Below, piece after piece: positions 47,491 through 57,284 of a DNA stretch of 64,000 nucleotides. The stretch is from an uncultured bacterium. Lineage in GTDB: Bacteria; Cyanobacteriota; Vampirovibrionia; Gastranaerophilales; Gastranaerophilaceae. Positions within the stretch are counted from its first letter, which is position 1. Each line of letters begins with the position of its first letter. Made by a program: the position numbers and the translations under genes. The stretch is from NCBI GenBank assembly GCA_902797965.1, contig CADBUY010000003.1:102222-166221 (forward strand), given 5' to 3'. Under the pieces are notes generated by a model. The model made no database searches, was not told the DNA's origin, and saw only the letters and a program-made list of their open reading frames with translations.

Positions 47491-49104
47491 TTAGAAATCT
47501 AGTGTTCTTCCGCCTCTGCTTGTAGTAGCATTTTGCTCATCAATTTCTTTTGAGTAATTTTTCATTTTTGAAGTTTTTGTAGCGGAAACGGCTCTTACAT
47601 TTGCCCATTGACGAAGTGCAAGAACTTGTTCTCTTTGAGTCATTGAAAGCGGAACCGTTGTTTGAATATTTTTAGCTAAATCTTCAAACTTTAATGGTCT
47701 GTTTTCAAAGAATGCATCACAAAGAGCTGATATAACAACCTGTTCAATTTCGGAACCTATAAAACCTTCTGTCATCTTTGCAAGTTCACCGCAAAGATTT
47801 TTTACTCCTACAATTTCGGATGCAACATCTTTGTCTTTTAATCTTCTCTCCAAATGAAGCTTAAAAATTTCTTTTCTTTCTTCTTCTGTAGGTAAGTCTA
47901 CAAAGAATATTTCGTCAAAACGCCCTTTTCTTAATAGTTCAGGAGGAAGTCCGCTTATATTATTTGCAGTTGCTATAACAAAAACAGGGCTTTCTTTTTC
48001 CTGCATCCAAGTCAAAAACTGACCGAAAATTCTTGATGAAACGCCGCTATCACCATTTGAACCAAGTCCGCTAAGCCCTTTTTCAATCTCATCAATCCAT
48101 AAAATAGACGGAGCAACTGCTTCAGCTGTTTGAAGCGCTCTTCTCATATTTTCTTCAGAGCTTCCAACAAGTCCTGAGAAAACTTTACCAAAATCAAGTT
48201 TCAAAAGAGGAAGTCCCCAAATTGTACTCATGGCTTTTGCTGTTAAACTCTTACCGCAACCGGGGACGCCAGTTACGAGAACACCTTTTGGTGCAGGAAT
48301 ACAATATTTTTTTGCCTGTTCTGACCATGAATTATTCCTTTTTAGCAGCCAGTTTTTAAGATTATCCAGACCACCGATATCTTTCATTGTGTAATCGGAA
48401 CGAATAAATTCCAAAATACCTGTTTTCTTAATAACTTGAACTTTTTCTTCAAGAACAACCTGCAAGTCTTTAATATTAATTTTCCCGTCATTAACCATAG
48501 CAAGCGCAAATGCACTTTCCGCTTCCTGCAAGGTTAAACCTAAAGCAGCTTTACATAATTTATCTTTATCTTCTTCACTTAGTTCGTTTACAACACCTGA
48601 ATTTTGATTAATCATACTGTCAAATTTTGCTTTGATTTCCTCTAATGTAGGAAGTGCAAAATCAAAAATTGTTATTTCTTTTTGCAAAGATTCAGGGATA
48701 AGAAGTTCAGTAGACACAAAGAAAACCGTTTTTCTGACAGTTCCCAATTTTAAATCAGGAATAATATCTCTTACTTTCCTAATTGTATTATAATCAGGCT
48801 GTCTGCCTTTTGGTCCAAAGTTTACATGAAAATCATATAAAATAAAAACTGAATCTTTATCATATTTTCTGATAAATTCTAATGCTTTGCAGGGGCAAGT
48901 TGTATCGGCAACTCCTTTTTGTGTATTATCGTTAAAAAGTCCGTTTGTTTGAGTCCATGTAAAGACTTCTCTCGGGTATTTAACTTGTTTTTCATCCGTT
49001 ACAACGGATTTAATATATTTAGTGACTCTGTCTTCCTCAAATGTTGTAATATATATCATCGGAAATCTTGCCCGAATAAGATTTGCTAATTTGTAAGTAC
49101 TCAT
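47491..49104 (-). CDS. Ycf46-like AAA ATPase
   Basis: GVPGCGKS, LWIDEIEK, ATANN, PPELLRKGRFDEIFFVDLP. Confidence 0.92.
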   Translation of the reverse strand: MSTYKLANLIRARFPMIYITTFEEDRVTKYIKSVVTDEKQVKYPREVFTWTQTNGLFNDNTQKGVADTTCPCKALEFIRKYDKDSVFILYDFHVNFGPKGRQPDYNTIRKVRDIIPDLKLGTVRKTVFFVSTELLIPESLQKEITIFDFALPTLEEIKAKFDSMINQNSGVVNELSEEDKDKLCKAALGLTLQEAESAFALAMVNDGKINIKDLQVVLEEKVQVIKKTGILEFIRSDYTMKDIGGLDNLKNWLLKRNNSWSEQAKKYCIPAPKGVLVTGVPGCGKSLTAKAMSTIWGLPLLKLDFGKVFSGLVGSSEENMRRALQTAEAVAPSILWIDEIEKGLSGLGSNGDSGVSSRIFGQFLTWMQEKESPVFVIATANNISGLPPELLRKGRFDEIFFVDLPTEEERKEIFKLHLERRLKDKDVASEIVGVKNLCGELAKMTEGFIGSEIEQVVISALCDAFFENRPLKFEDLAKNIQTTVPLSMTQREQVLALRQWANVRAVSATKTSKMKNYSKEIDEQNATTSRGGRTLDF

Positions 49105-49135
49105 ATAAATCTCCTGTTTTAGGGAAATAATACCA

Positions 49136-49783
49136 TTATTTTATTCCTTTTAAATCAATCTTTTGAAGTATCTCACTAAAATTGCCCATTCCGTTCATAA
49201 ATATTTGTCCGTTTTTAGAAATGTTTACTTCAACTTTATTTTTGTATTTAGTAAAAATTTCTTCATTATACCTGTCAGTCAAAAAATGGAATCTTTGATT
49301 AGATGAACCGCACCAAGGACGAGAATAATCGGTTAATTCTTGTATAAACTCACCATCTATTAACAAATCAATATTATCCAAAAGCTTTTTATTAACAGGA
49401 TTAGTTTGAAGTTCTTCTATTTTACCCCCTGTGAAACAAACAACACTTAAGCCTTCTTTTTGAACTTCTTCTGCAATAATTCCAAGTGCTTCAGCTTGTT
49501 CAAACGGTTCACCTCCTAAAAAAGTCACTCCTTCAATAGATTTACCCCCTCTCCCGACGGGAGAGGGTTGGGGTGAGGGGGCAATATTATTAAGAATATC
49601 CTCTATAATATCTTCTACATCATACAACTCACCGCCCTTATGACTCCAAGTATGAACTGCCTGACACCCTTTGCAGTGTCTGGAACATCCTTGAACCCAG
49701 ATGCAATATCTATTCCCAGGACCTTCTACTTTTGTATTTTTTATAATGTTAAATACCCTTAATTCCATATTTGTTAATACCAT
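49136..49783 (-). CDS. NrdG-like radical SAM (activating-enzyme type) protein
   Basis: EGPG.R..IWVQGCSRHCKGC, GGEPFEQ, DLLIDG, GSSNQR. Confidence 0.85.
   Translation of the reverse strand: MVLTNMELRVFNIIKNTKVEGPGNRYCIWVQGCSRHCKGCQAVHTWSHKGGELYDVEDIIEDILNNIAPSPQPSPVGRGGKSIEGVTFLGGEPFEQAEALGIIAEEVQKEGLSVVCFTGGKIEELQTNPVNKKLLDNIDLLIDGEFIQELTDYSRPWCGSSNQRFHFLTDRYNEEIFTKYKNKVEVNISKNGQIFMNGMGNFSEILQKIDLKGIK
49545..49581 (-). repeat. Palindromic repeat inserted in frame in the radical SAM gene
   Basis: ccctctcccgacgggagagggttggggtgagggg encodes PSPQPSPVGRG. Confidence 0.8.
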
Positions 49784-49811
49784 TTATAATTGTCATACAT
49801 ATCAAAGTGCT

Positions 49812-50768
49812 TTACAAATCTAAATTTCTTTCATCATATTTTTTGATTTCAGTTTCTGTATCATCTTTTTGTTCAATTTGTTTATCCAAATCAATCTGAA
49901 TACTTTCTGTTTGTTCGGTTGTTTTTACTTCATTATTTGTTTTTTGTGTATTTATTTGGGGTTGAGGAACTGTATTTTCTATTTCTATCTTTTCACTTAT
50001 ATCTCTAGTCGTACAATCCGTACGTTTTACATATTGTGATAACAAACTTAAATAATCTTTCATTTTGTTTTTGTCTTTAGAAAATTCGGAGAGAATGCTA
50101 TATAGAATTAATTTATCTGCTTTTATGACAAATTTTCTTGGTTTGTAGTATAGTATAGGTCCCCATATCTCTGAGCAAATTATAACTTTTTCACCACTGG
50201 GTAGTGTTTCTACTTCCATTCTGCAAAATTCATTTTGAGCAAATTTATTTACTACAGGTTTTGGTAATCCACCTGTAAACGGTTGATAAAAGTATTTAAG
50301 TCCACCTCTTGTATTATACCCTTGATTAAGTTTTAAGTATAAATCTCTTATTTTATCATATTTAGTAAAAGAATTGAACTCCATATCAATTATTGCCCAC
50401 ATTGTACTTGCGTGAGTGTTGTTACCTTTAACTTCGAAGTAAGCTCCTGAAAATTTGCTGTTAGCCTTTGTTCTATTTTTTACATAGAACCAAATATCTC
50501 CCTTATCTTCTTTTATGAGTCTTGCTTCGCAATATTTGTTTATCAGATATGTTTTTGGTTTATTATTTCGGTAATAAATTTGCAAACGCTCTTCATAGGC
50601 TTTTCTGATATCTTCAAGCGGATCATATTCTAATGAAAAATCATCCTGCATTCCCCAAACTCCGTACCTGCTATAACCGCTTCTTCTTCCAGATACGGTT
50701 TCACTTGCTCTATATACAGCATATAGAATCATAATAACTAAATATATAAAAGCTCCAAAATTTTCCAT
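49812..50768 (-). CDS. Membrane-anchored hypothetical protein ending ERNLDL
   Basis: N-terminal TM; shares a domain with 50768-51604. Confidence 0.75.
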   Translation of the reverse strand: MENFGAFIYLVIMILYAVYRASETVSGRRSGYSRYGVWGMQDDFSLEYDPLEDIRKAYEERLQIYYRNNKPKTYLINKYCEARLIKEDKGDIWFYVKNRTKANSKFSGAYFEVKGNNTHASTMWAIIDMEFNSFTKYDKIRDLYLKLNQGYNTRGGLKYFYQPFTGGLPKPVVNKFAQNEFCRMEVETLPSGEKVIICSEIWGPILYYKPRKFVIKADKLILYSILSEFSKDKNKMKDYLSLLSQYVKRTDCTTRDISEKIEIENTVPQPQINTQKTNNEVKTTEQTESIQIDLDKQIEQKDDTETEIKKYDERNLDL

Positions 50769-51604
50769 TATAAATCAACGCTCCGTTCGCTGTTGCGTTT
50801 GATTTTTCCGGAACCTTTCATTTTATTAACACAAACCAAATCTCTTAATTGAGTTCGCATGTGGGGTTTAAGCTGTGTGAATTGTAAAAACTCATTAACA
50901 TCTTTAAAACCGCCAATTTCTTCACGTTTTTTTATTATTTTTTTTGATAAAACTATACTGATGCCGGGTAGAGATGTAATTTCTACTTCAGAAGCATTAT
51001 TAATGTCTAATTTTTCTTTTTTTTCTGTATTAGATGATGATGGAGCAAGAGTATCTATTTTAATGGTATTTGAATTATCTGTGTTATTACTGACTACTGA
51101 GTAGTTTACACCTTGTGATAATTTATATTGTTCCCCCTCTATCTTAATATCTACCTGAAATGTTCTGCATAATTCTATTAAACGATCAAATCTGGTATTG
51201 TGATCAAAAACATCGCAAAACATATTCCATAAATCCTCATCTGCGTGTATGTTAGATTTCATAACACGAAATGTCCTGTATGGTTCAACAGACTCTCTTC
51301 CGACAATTGTATACCCGTTTGACTGTAATCTAAGCGAGCAATAAGTGTTTGATAGTTTTAAATTCCTCCAAATATCACTGTAAGGAGCAAGATACATAGA
51401 TGCGTTACTGAGAGCCTGATGTCTTCTTACTTCTCGTCCGTTATTAGAAATTCTGTATTCTCCCGTCTGTCCGGTACCTGTATTTTTAAGTATAAAATAT
51501 GCAATAGCAATAATTACTGCAACTGTTATTGTTTGCCAAGGGAACATTGCAAGTAAGTATATAAAACAAACCACTATTCCTGCTATTAATCTGTATCTGT
51601 CCAA
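50768..51604 (-). CDS. Membrane-anchored ComEA-type helix-hairpin-helix protein ending ERSVDL
   Basis: LDINNAS..EITSLPGIS..LSKKII..RE..GGF. Confidence 0.82.
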   Translation of the reverse strand: MDRYRLIAGIVVCFIYLLAMFPWQTITVAVIIAIAYFILKNTGTGQTGEYRISNNGREVRRHQALSNASMYLAPYSDIWRNLKLSNTYCSLRLQSNGYTIVGRESVEPYRTFRVMKSNIHADEDLWNMFCDVFDHNTRFDRLIELCRTFQVDIKIEGEQYKLSQGVNYSVVSNNTDNSNTIKIDTLAPSSSNTEKKEKLDINNASEVEITSLPGISIVLSKKIIKKREEIGGFKDVNEFLQFTQLKPHMRTQLRDLVCVNKMKGSGKIKRNSERSVDL

Positions 51605-51638
51605 TATTTTATACCTTATTTTTATTTTATATTTGCTG

Positions 51639-52724
51639 CTAACAAATTGTGTATACTTTTCTGTAATACAAGCCGACTCCGATTACTGTTAATACAAAGT
51701 CCGGCATGAATGCAGCCATTGCAGGAGCAAGCGAACCAGCTTCCCCAAACGAAATAGATAAAGCTCTTATCAGATAGTATGCAAATATAATCAATATACT
51801 AAATAGAAAACCTCTATTATAACGAACTCTCGGTGGTGTAATTGCTAACGGAACACCAATAAGAACAAGAACTACAGTCGTAAGTGGGAGCGCAATTTTA
51901 TCAAATAAACTTATTGACAACCATTTTCTGTCTTCAACGCTTACTGTGGGGATTAGTTTGCATAATTGAATAAAGTTATGTTCATCAGCCAGATTTCGGT
52001 TCATTTCTTCGGATAAATCAACGCCAAACTTTACAGTTGAATCTTCAAACAAAGTTGTATCAAGAGCTTTACCATTGTCTGTAACTGTATATATAGCTCC
52101 TTTTCTGAACTTCCATCCTTCTTCAGCTGTCTCTCCTTCTTTTGCTTGTAAAATTTGTATAGTTCCGTCTTTTGATGCATCCATAACAGTTATGTTATGT
52201 AATGTTCCTTCTGTGCAGTCACCAACATAGAAAAGTCTTTTTAAAGCTCCATTGTCTTTTGTTTCTTTGAATGTAAAATTTTCTTTTCCTTCAGGAATAT
52301 TTTTTTTGCTAAAAGCGTACAAAGCCAAGTCTGTAGATTGTTTTGTCATTACCGGAACAACCGTTTCGTTAACAATAAAACTAAGACAAGACATAATTAT
52401 TGCAAAAATAAAAATAGGTTTTGCAATTCTGTTAAGACCAATCCCGCAAGCTCTCATAACAGTAATCTCAGAACTTAAACTCAAACCATTTAGAGTCATT
52501 ACTGTTGCCAGTAATACCCCCATTGGAATAGTCATTACAAAAACTGCAGGTAAGTGTAAAATTATGATTAAAAATGCAATTTTAAACGGAATTCCATACA
52601 TAGAAATTTGTTTAATGAGAGTGATAAATGTATCAGAAGCAAAGATTATTGATGTAAATACCAAAACACCCATAAGGAACATTTCAATTACCTGCTTGAG
52701 GATATATTTATCAAGTAGTTTCAT
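51639..52724 (-). CDS. LptF/LptG family permease
   Basis: MKLLDKYI, SEITVMRACGI, multiple TMs. Confidence 0.9.
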   Translation of the reverse strand: MKLLDKYILKQVIEMFLMGVLVFTSIIFASDTFITLIKQISMYGIPFKIAFLIIILHLPAVFVMTIPMGVLLATVMTLNGLSLSSEITVMRACGIGLNRIAKPIFIFAIIMSCLSFIVNETVVPVMTKQSTDLALYAFSKKNIPEGKENFTFKETKDNGALKRLFYVGDCTEGTLHNITVMDASKDGTIQILQAKEGETAEEGWKFRKGAIYTVTDNGKALDTTLFEDSTVKFGVDLSEEMNRNLADEHNFIQLCKLIPTVSVEDRKWLSISLFDKIALPLTTVVLVLIGVPLAITPPRVRYNRGFLFSILIIFAYYLIRALSISFGEAGSLAPAMAAFMPDFVLTVIGVGLYYRKVYTIC

Positions 52725-52797
52725 TTTTCTTATTTTAAATAAAATATTATAAATAAATTTTTTCAAAATCAGCTCCCGAAGATTATTGTAAAATAAC

Positions 52798-53448
52798 CTA
52801 TTTTCTTAAATTCAGTATTGCCTGAGCTTGCTCTTTGCTTAGAACTTTTGCTCCACCCAAAATCTCTGTGTTTAAAACAACTTGGGCATAAGATTCCGCA
52901 AGTTCTAATTTTAAATATGCATCTTCAATTGTTTTTGATCCGACAATAAAACCATGGTTTGCCATTAATACAGCATCATAATTATCAAAATATTTGACAG
53001 TATTGTATACAAGTTCCATAGAAGACGGAAGAGCATATTCTGCTAAAGGAATTCCTCCAAAATAGAAAACATTTTCAGCCATAATCGGAGTCATTAAATC
53101 TTTATCAGAAGATGCAAAACTGCTTAGATATGGCGGGTGAACATGAATTATAAAATTAAATTCAGGTCTCTTTTTATATATTGCAATATGCAAAAATTTT
53201 TCACTGGATGGTTTCTTGCCTTCTTCTAATGAATTACCGCTAAAATCAGTATAAACAATCTCATCTTCCTGCAAGTATCCGTTAGAAGAACCTGATGTTG
53301 TGATTAACATTCCATCTTTGTATCTCGCAGATATATTGCCGGAATATCCGGGTGTAAAATTCTTTTCACCGCATAATTTCCCGTATCGAATAATTTTGTT
53401 TGTTAAATCGTCTCTAGAGAACATCTTCCACCGTCTTAACATCTTCAA
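52798..53448 (-). CDS. Class II aldolase/adducin family protein
   Basis: SGNISAR, PSSE..LH, HVHP, MANHG. Confidence 0.9.
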   Translation of the reverse strand: MKMLRRWKMFSRDDLTNKIIRYGKLCGEKNFTPGYSGNISARYKDGMLITTSGSSNGYLQEDEIVYTDFSGNSLEEGKKPSSEKFLHIAIYKKRPEFNFIIHVHPPYLSSFASSDKDLMTPIMAENVFYFGGIPLAEYALPSSMELVYNTVKYFDNYDAVLMANHGFIVGSKTIEDAYLKLELAESYAQVVLNTEILGGAKVLSKEQAQAILNLRK

Positions 53449-55624
53449 CTATTGCGTGCTGTAAAACCGGTGCTTTGTTTGTGTTTTGAAAATCGTTTTG
53501 CGGTTTTTCAGCTTTCTTTTCATTTTCTTCTTTTTGAGCTTTTTTTACTTGTCTGAGTTCCATCTTATCGTAATCGATTTTTGCACCTTTTGCATCCATC
53601 ATCATTTCTACCGAGAAGAATGTATTTTCACGTTCTATATCGTATCCTAAGTTAAACTTTACATCATCAGGACCTACTGATATATAGAAAGCATTTTCCT
53701 GAAACATTTTTCCGTTTGGTGAGTCATTGGATAAGTTAAGAGAACCAAACCAAGATAAAGTTAAGTATTTATTAATTCTTAAACTTTCACGCAAATACGC
53801 ATTAGACTTTCCGTATCTGTATGCATCATATACGGGAACCGGAGAATTGTCATCATATACAGATTGAAAGTATCCGATGTCTTGCATCCAGCGTCTCCAC
53901 TGAGTATGGAATTGAGGTCCGATTCTTCCGATTATCTGAGTATCACCGGTACCATAAACAGATGCTGCAAATTGTCCGACTATATTAAAATCAAAGGCTG
54001 TCAATTTGTCTTCGTTTCTGTAATGATAGAAGTTCTGCGAGGCTTGTGCCATATATCTGGCTCTGGTTGTGCCAATTCTTGAACTTTTTAAATCTCCAAA
54101 ATGTTTATCTACGTCGATATCATGGAAGTAACCAAAGTCAAACTGATGAATATATGATGAGTTGTGACCTTTTAGTAAAAAATTGTTGCCTAAATACCCT
54201 TTTGCATAAACCAAATCCAAACCATATTTAGGACGGCGTCTTCCAAGCCACCAGTCATCCAGATAATCGTTCATTGCATATTGTAACATTAAGTTGTCAT
54301 CAAGTCTTTGACGACCTCTGATAAGGAATTTACTTTCTGTTGTTCCGTAACCGACTTGCGTAGAGTTTGTTCCGCTGCTAAACCTGCCTATACCTCCGAC
54401 TCCGATACCATGGTTAATATTTAATATTGGAATTGCTTTTAATACACTACCCTTTGGTAATTCAAAAACAAAGCCTGGACCAATGTAAGTACCTAATCCT
54501 CTTTCTGAACCAACTTCCCAAATGTTGGTTTCAGCGTAATCATGGTTTTTATTAGTATAAATTTTTATGGCAGGAAGTTTTAATATTGTCCACTTGCCTT
54601 TTTTTACATTGGCACGTTTTATTGCAATAGTCTCCAAATCTCCTTTTTGAGTTATTTTTAATTCTCTTGCATGGATTTTAACAAGACCTTTTTCCATATC
54701 TTCAGAAATCGTTTGATCTTTAGGAAGCATCATTCTGGATATCTGTGGACCGGAACCGGAAGATCTGAAGTTAATCGGATAAGATTCATCAACTACTATA
54801 GAACCTTGTTCTTGAATAACTCTATCACCATATACATAACCTTTTGCAGCGCGAACTTCTATTGTTGCTGTTTGAGTTACAGGATTTTCGATAAGGGCAT
54901 TTTCTTCATTCATATCGACAAAAATATAGTCGCCATTTATGATCTGATTATTTTTTATAATTTTAACATTACCCTCTGCTTTGATGGTATTGTTCATTCT
55001 GTCATATGTAATCTTGTCAGCTTTGACTACCGTTTCTTGATTAACGAATTCAACACTTACGTTTCCGGTTGCAAAAAGGCAATATTTATCTGTATCATAA
55101 TCCATGTTGTCGCAGTCAAGTATTATATTTTCAGTATTTTCCGGTTCAACTGCTTTGTCAGTTTTGTTTTTTGCCCAGAAATGTTTTGATTTCGGCTGTT
55201 CGTTAATAGCTTGCTCATCTGCATCAAAACCGTCCGGCATCATGTTCTCATCAAAATGTTCCTCTATCTCTTTAGAAGCGTATTCGGAAGTATCAGTTTC
55301 TGATTTGTAGATACTTGTATCCGGAGCTGTCGGAGCGAATTGAGTCTGTTGTTTGTGACGTTCTTCTCTTTTTTCCTGTATAGCAGTACGAATTTTTTTT
55401 AATGGAGGTGTTGTTTGCGTGCGTTTGCTGTCCACAATTGTAGACGTTGAATTATAATCTTCATCATTAGTCTTTTGGTTTTGTTCCTGATTTTGGCGAA
55501 GTAGTGCCGGCATAAAGAATGAATCACCGGTATAATCTGATTTTTCTGCAAATGAAACATCTGCAAATGCTGCATTTGTTATAAATAGTGCTGATATTAA
55601 TAATGTTGTTATTTTTAGTTTCAA
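53414..55624 (-). CDS. LptD/OstA-like outer-membrane protein
   Basis: Signal peptide, OstA-like ATGNV/ADKITYDR/AEGNV, beta-barrel-like C-terminus; upstream of LptF/G. Confidence 0.75.
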   Translation of the reverse strand: MKLKITTLLISALFITNAAFADVSFAEKSDYTGDSFFMPALLRQNQEQNQKTNDEDYNSTSTIVDSKRTQTTPPLKKIRTAIQEKREERHKQQTQFAPTAPDTSIYKSETDTSEYASKEIEEHFDENMMPDGFDADEQAINEQPKSKHFWAKNKTDKAVEPENTENIILDCDNMDYDTDKYCLFATGNVSVEFVNQETVVKADKITYDRMNNTIKAEGNVKIIKNNQIINGDYIFVDMNEENALIENPVTQTATIEVRAAKGYVYGDRVIQEQGSIVVDESYPINFRSSGSGPQISRMMLPKDQTISEDMEKGLVKIHARELKITQKGDLETIAIKRANVKKGKWTILKLPAIKIYTNKNHDYAETNIWEVGSERGLGTYIGPGFVFELPKGSVLKAIPILNINHGIGVGGIGRFSSGTNSTQVGYGTTESKFLIRGRQRLDDNLMLQYAMNDYLDDWWLGRRRPKYGLDLVYAKGYLGNNFLLKGHNSSYIHQFDFGYFHDIDVDKHFGDLKSSRIGTTRARYMAQASQNFYHYRNEDKLTAFDFNIVGQFAASVYGTGDTQIIGRIGPQFHTQWRRWMQDIGYFQSVYDDNSPVPVYDAYRYGKSNAYLRESLRINKYLTLSWFGSLNLSNDSPNGKMFQENAFYISVGPDDVKFNLGYDIERENTFFSVEMMMDAKGAKIDYDKMELRQVKKAQKEENEKKAEKPQNDFQNTNKAPVLQHAIVEDVKTVEDVL

Positions 55625-55655
55625 AATTCTATTCCTATTTAATTTATATTATATA

Positions 55656-56777
55656 TTATAACGCAACATAAGAATTTGGATTACTTGGCTTTCCATTTTC
55701 TCTTACTTCAAAGTGACAATGCGGTCCTGTGCTGTATCCTGTAGTTCCTTCATATCCAATAACGTCACCCTTTTTGATATGTTGACCGTTAACAGCTTTA
55801 ATTGTGCTCATATGAGCGTACAACGTAGAAACCGGCTTCCCGCCAACAACGCCATGTTCTATGATAACAACCTTTCCGTAACCGCCGTACCAACCGGAAT
55901 ATATGACTTTGCCGGAATTTGAAGCTTTTATTGCACCCAGATTCGGTCCGCCAATATCAACTCCGGAGTGGAAAGTCCTGCTGTTGAATATAGGGTGAAT
56001 TCTCCAACCGAATGGTGAAGTGATACGTCCCTGTATCGGTTTCATAAACCCTGAGGCAACAACACTTGTATTGTTGTCCTTCGCAGTTCTGTTTATGTAA
56101 CTCTGAATACTTCTCGATTGTTTATCCAAATCTCGTTCAGCTTTTTCATAAGCAACTTTGTCTGTTTTAAGCTTTTTAATCATGCTTTGATTTCTGTTTA
56201 TTGCTCGTTGAATATATGCTTTTTGTGTGTTCATCGAAGCGATAGAGCGTTCATAATTACGTTTTCTTGCTTCTATATTGTACTTTAATAATGCTATTTC
56301 CTGAGCTTTAGATTTTGCAATGTGCATTCTGTCATAGTCATCTTTTAGCAGAAGTTTTTGGAAATAAACTCTGTCAACAAGCATATTTATGTCTTCTGAT
56401 GTAATTAAAAGTTCAAAAAAAGCTTTTCTTTGAGATTTAAATACCTTTCTTATATGCGAGGCAAGTACGGTATTGAGTGACATATATTCTGCGGTTGCTT
56501 TATTCAGCTGTCCTTGCATACCATATAAATCTTGCTGAACAGATGCGACTTGTTTTTCGGATTCTTTAAGGGATGTTTTCGCATCTTCTAATTTTTGCTG
56601 GTTTTTATATAACTTGTTCTGCTCAATATTTTCAAGCCATTCAACGTGCCTAATTTTTTTCTGAAGTTCTTTTTTTTGCGTAGCAACATCAGCGGCAAAA
56701 GTCGGTATACATTTTGCACTGTAACTAAATAAAAAACATATTAATATCAAAATTTTTAATATTTTTTTGACTCTCAA
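55656..56777 (-). CDS. M23 peptidase with coiled coil (EnvC/NlpD-like)
   Basis: HSGVDI, GYGKVVIIEH, YAHM, STGPHCHFE; TTG start after GGAGG. Confidence 0.88.
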   Translation of the reverse strand: MRVKKILKILILICFLFSYSAKCIPTFAADVATQKKELQKKIRHVEWLENIEQNKLYKNQQKLEDAKTSLKESEKQVASVQQDLYGMQGQLNKATAEYMSLNTVLASHIRKVFKSQRKAFFELLITSEDINMLVDRVYFQKLLLKDDYDRMHIAKSKAQEIALLKYNIEARKRNYERSIASMNTQKAYIQRAINRNQSMIKKLKTDKVAYEKAERDLDKQSRSIQSYINRTAKDNNTSVVASGFMKPIQGRITSPFGWRIHPIFNSRTFHSGVDIGGPNLGAIKASNSGKVIYSGWYGGYGKVVIIEHGVVGGKPVSTLYAHMSTIKAVNGQHIKKGDVIGYEGTTGYSTGPHCHFEVRENGKPSNPNSYVAL

Positions 56778-56794
56778 AAAAACCTCCGGAATGT

Positions 56795-56911
56795 TTATTG
56801 ACCAATACCCGGCTGCATTAACATTAACAGACTTAATCCGGCGGTCCACACGATGAATGATACTGCAATTATTCCTATAATAAATTTTTTATGTTCTCTA
56901 AAAAATTCCAT
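56795..56911 (-). CDS. 38-aa single-TM peptide, not in ORF track
   Basis: MEFFREHKKFIIGIIAVSFIVWTAGLSLLMLMQPGIGQ*; GAGGTG RBS. Confidence 0.6.
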   Translation of the reverse strand: MEFFREHKKFIIGIIAVSFIVWTAGLSLLMLMQPGIGQ

Positions 56912-57061
56912 ACTACACCTCTCAATAATATAATATTATAAAAATATAAATTGGGCAATTTGAGGTAAATATGTTTACATTTATTTTGTAAAGCAGATTA
57001 AAATGAAATATTTGTTGTTGAATAGTATTATGCCAAATGTTTATGCTTAAGTTTGTAGTTT

Positions 57062-57127
57062 GTAGGTTGGGTGAAACCCAACATTATTATAAATTTTCAG
57101 TCTGTAGGTTGGGCATACTTGCCCAAC
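57062..57127 (+). repeat. Two GTAG REP hairpins
   Basis: gtaggttgggtgaaacccaac; gtaggttgggcatacttgcccaac. Confidence 0.7.
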
Positions 57128-57284
57128 ATTATGTTATGGTGTCGATAAGGTTACTTGGAACCCTTTGACAAAAATATTATAGCAAATTTAGGTAATAAGT
57201 ACAATATTTTTCACAAGTTGATTTTGCTTATGAAACTTGATACGCAGACGTATCATAAAATTAAGATGATTTTAGGCATAGATA

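Noticed and set aside
49136-49783. True nrdG of anaerobic ribonucleotide reductase
   Set aside because: No nrdD nearby and it is embedded in the AAA/DUF2997 operon, so no gene symbol assigned
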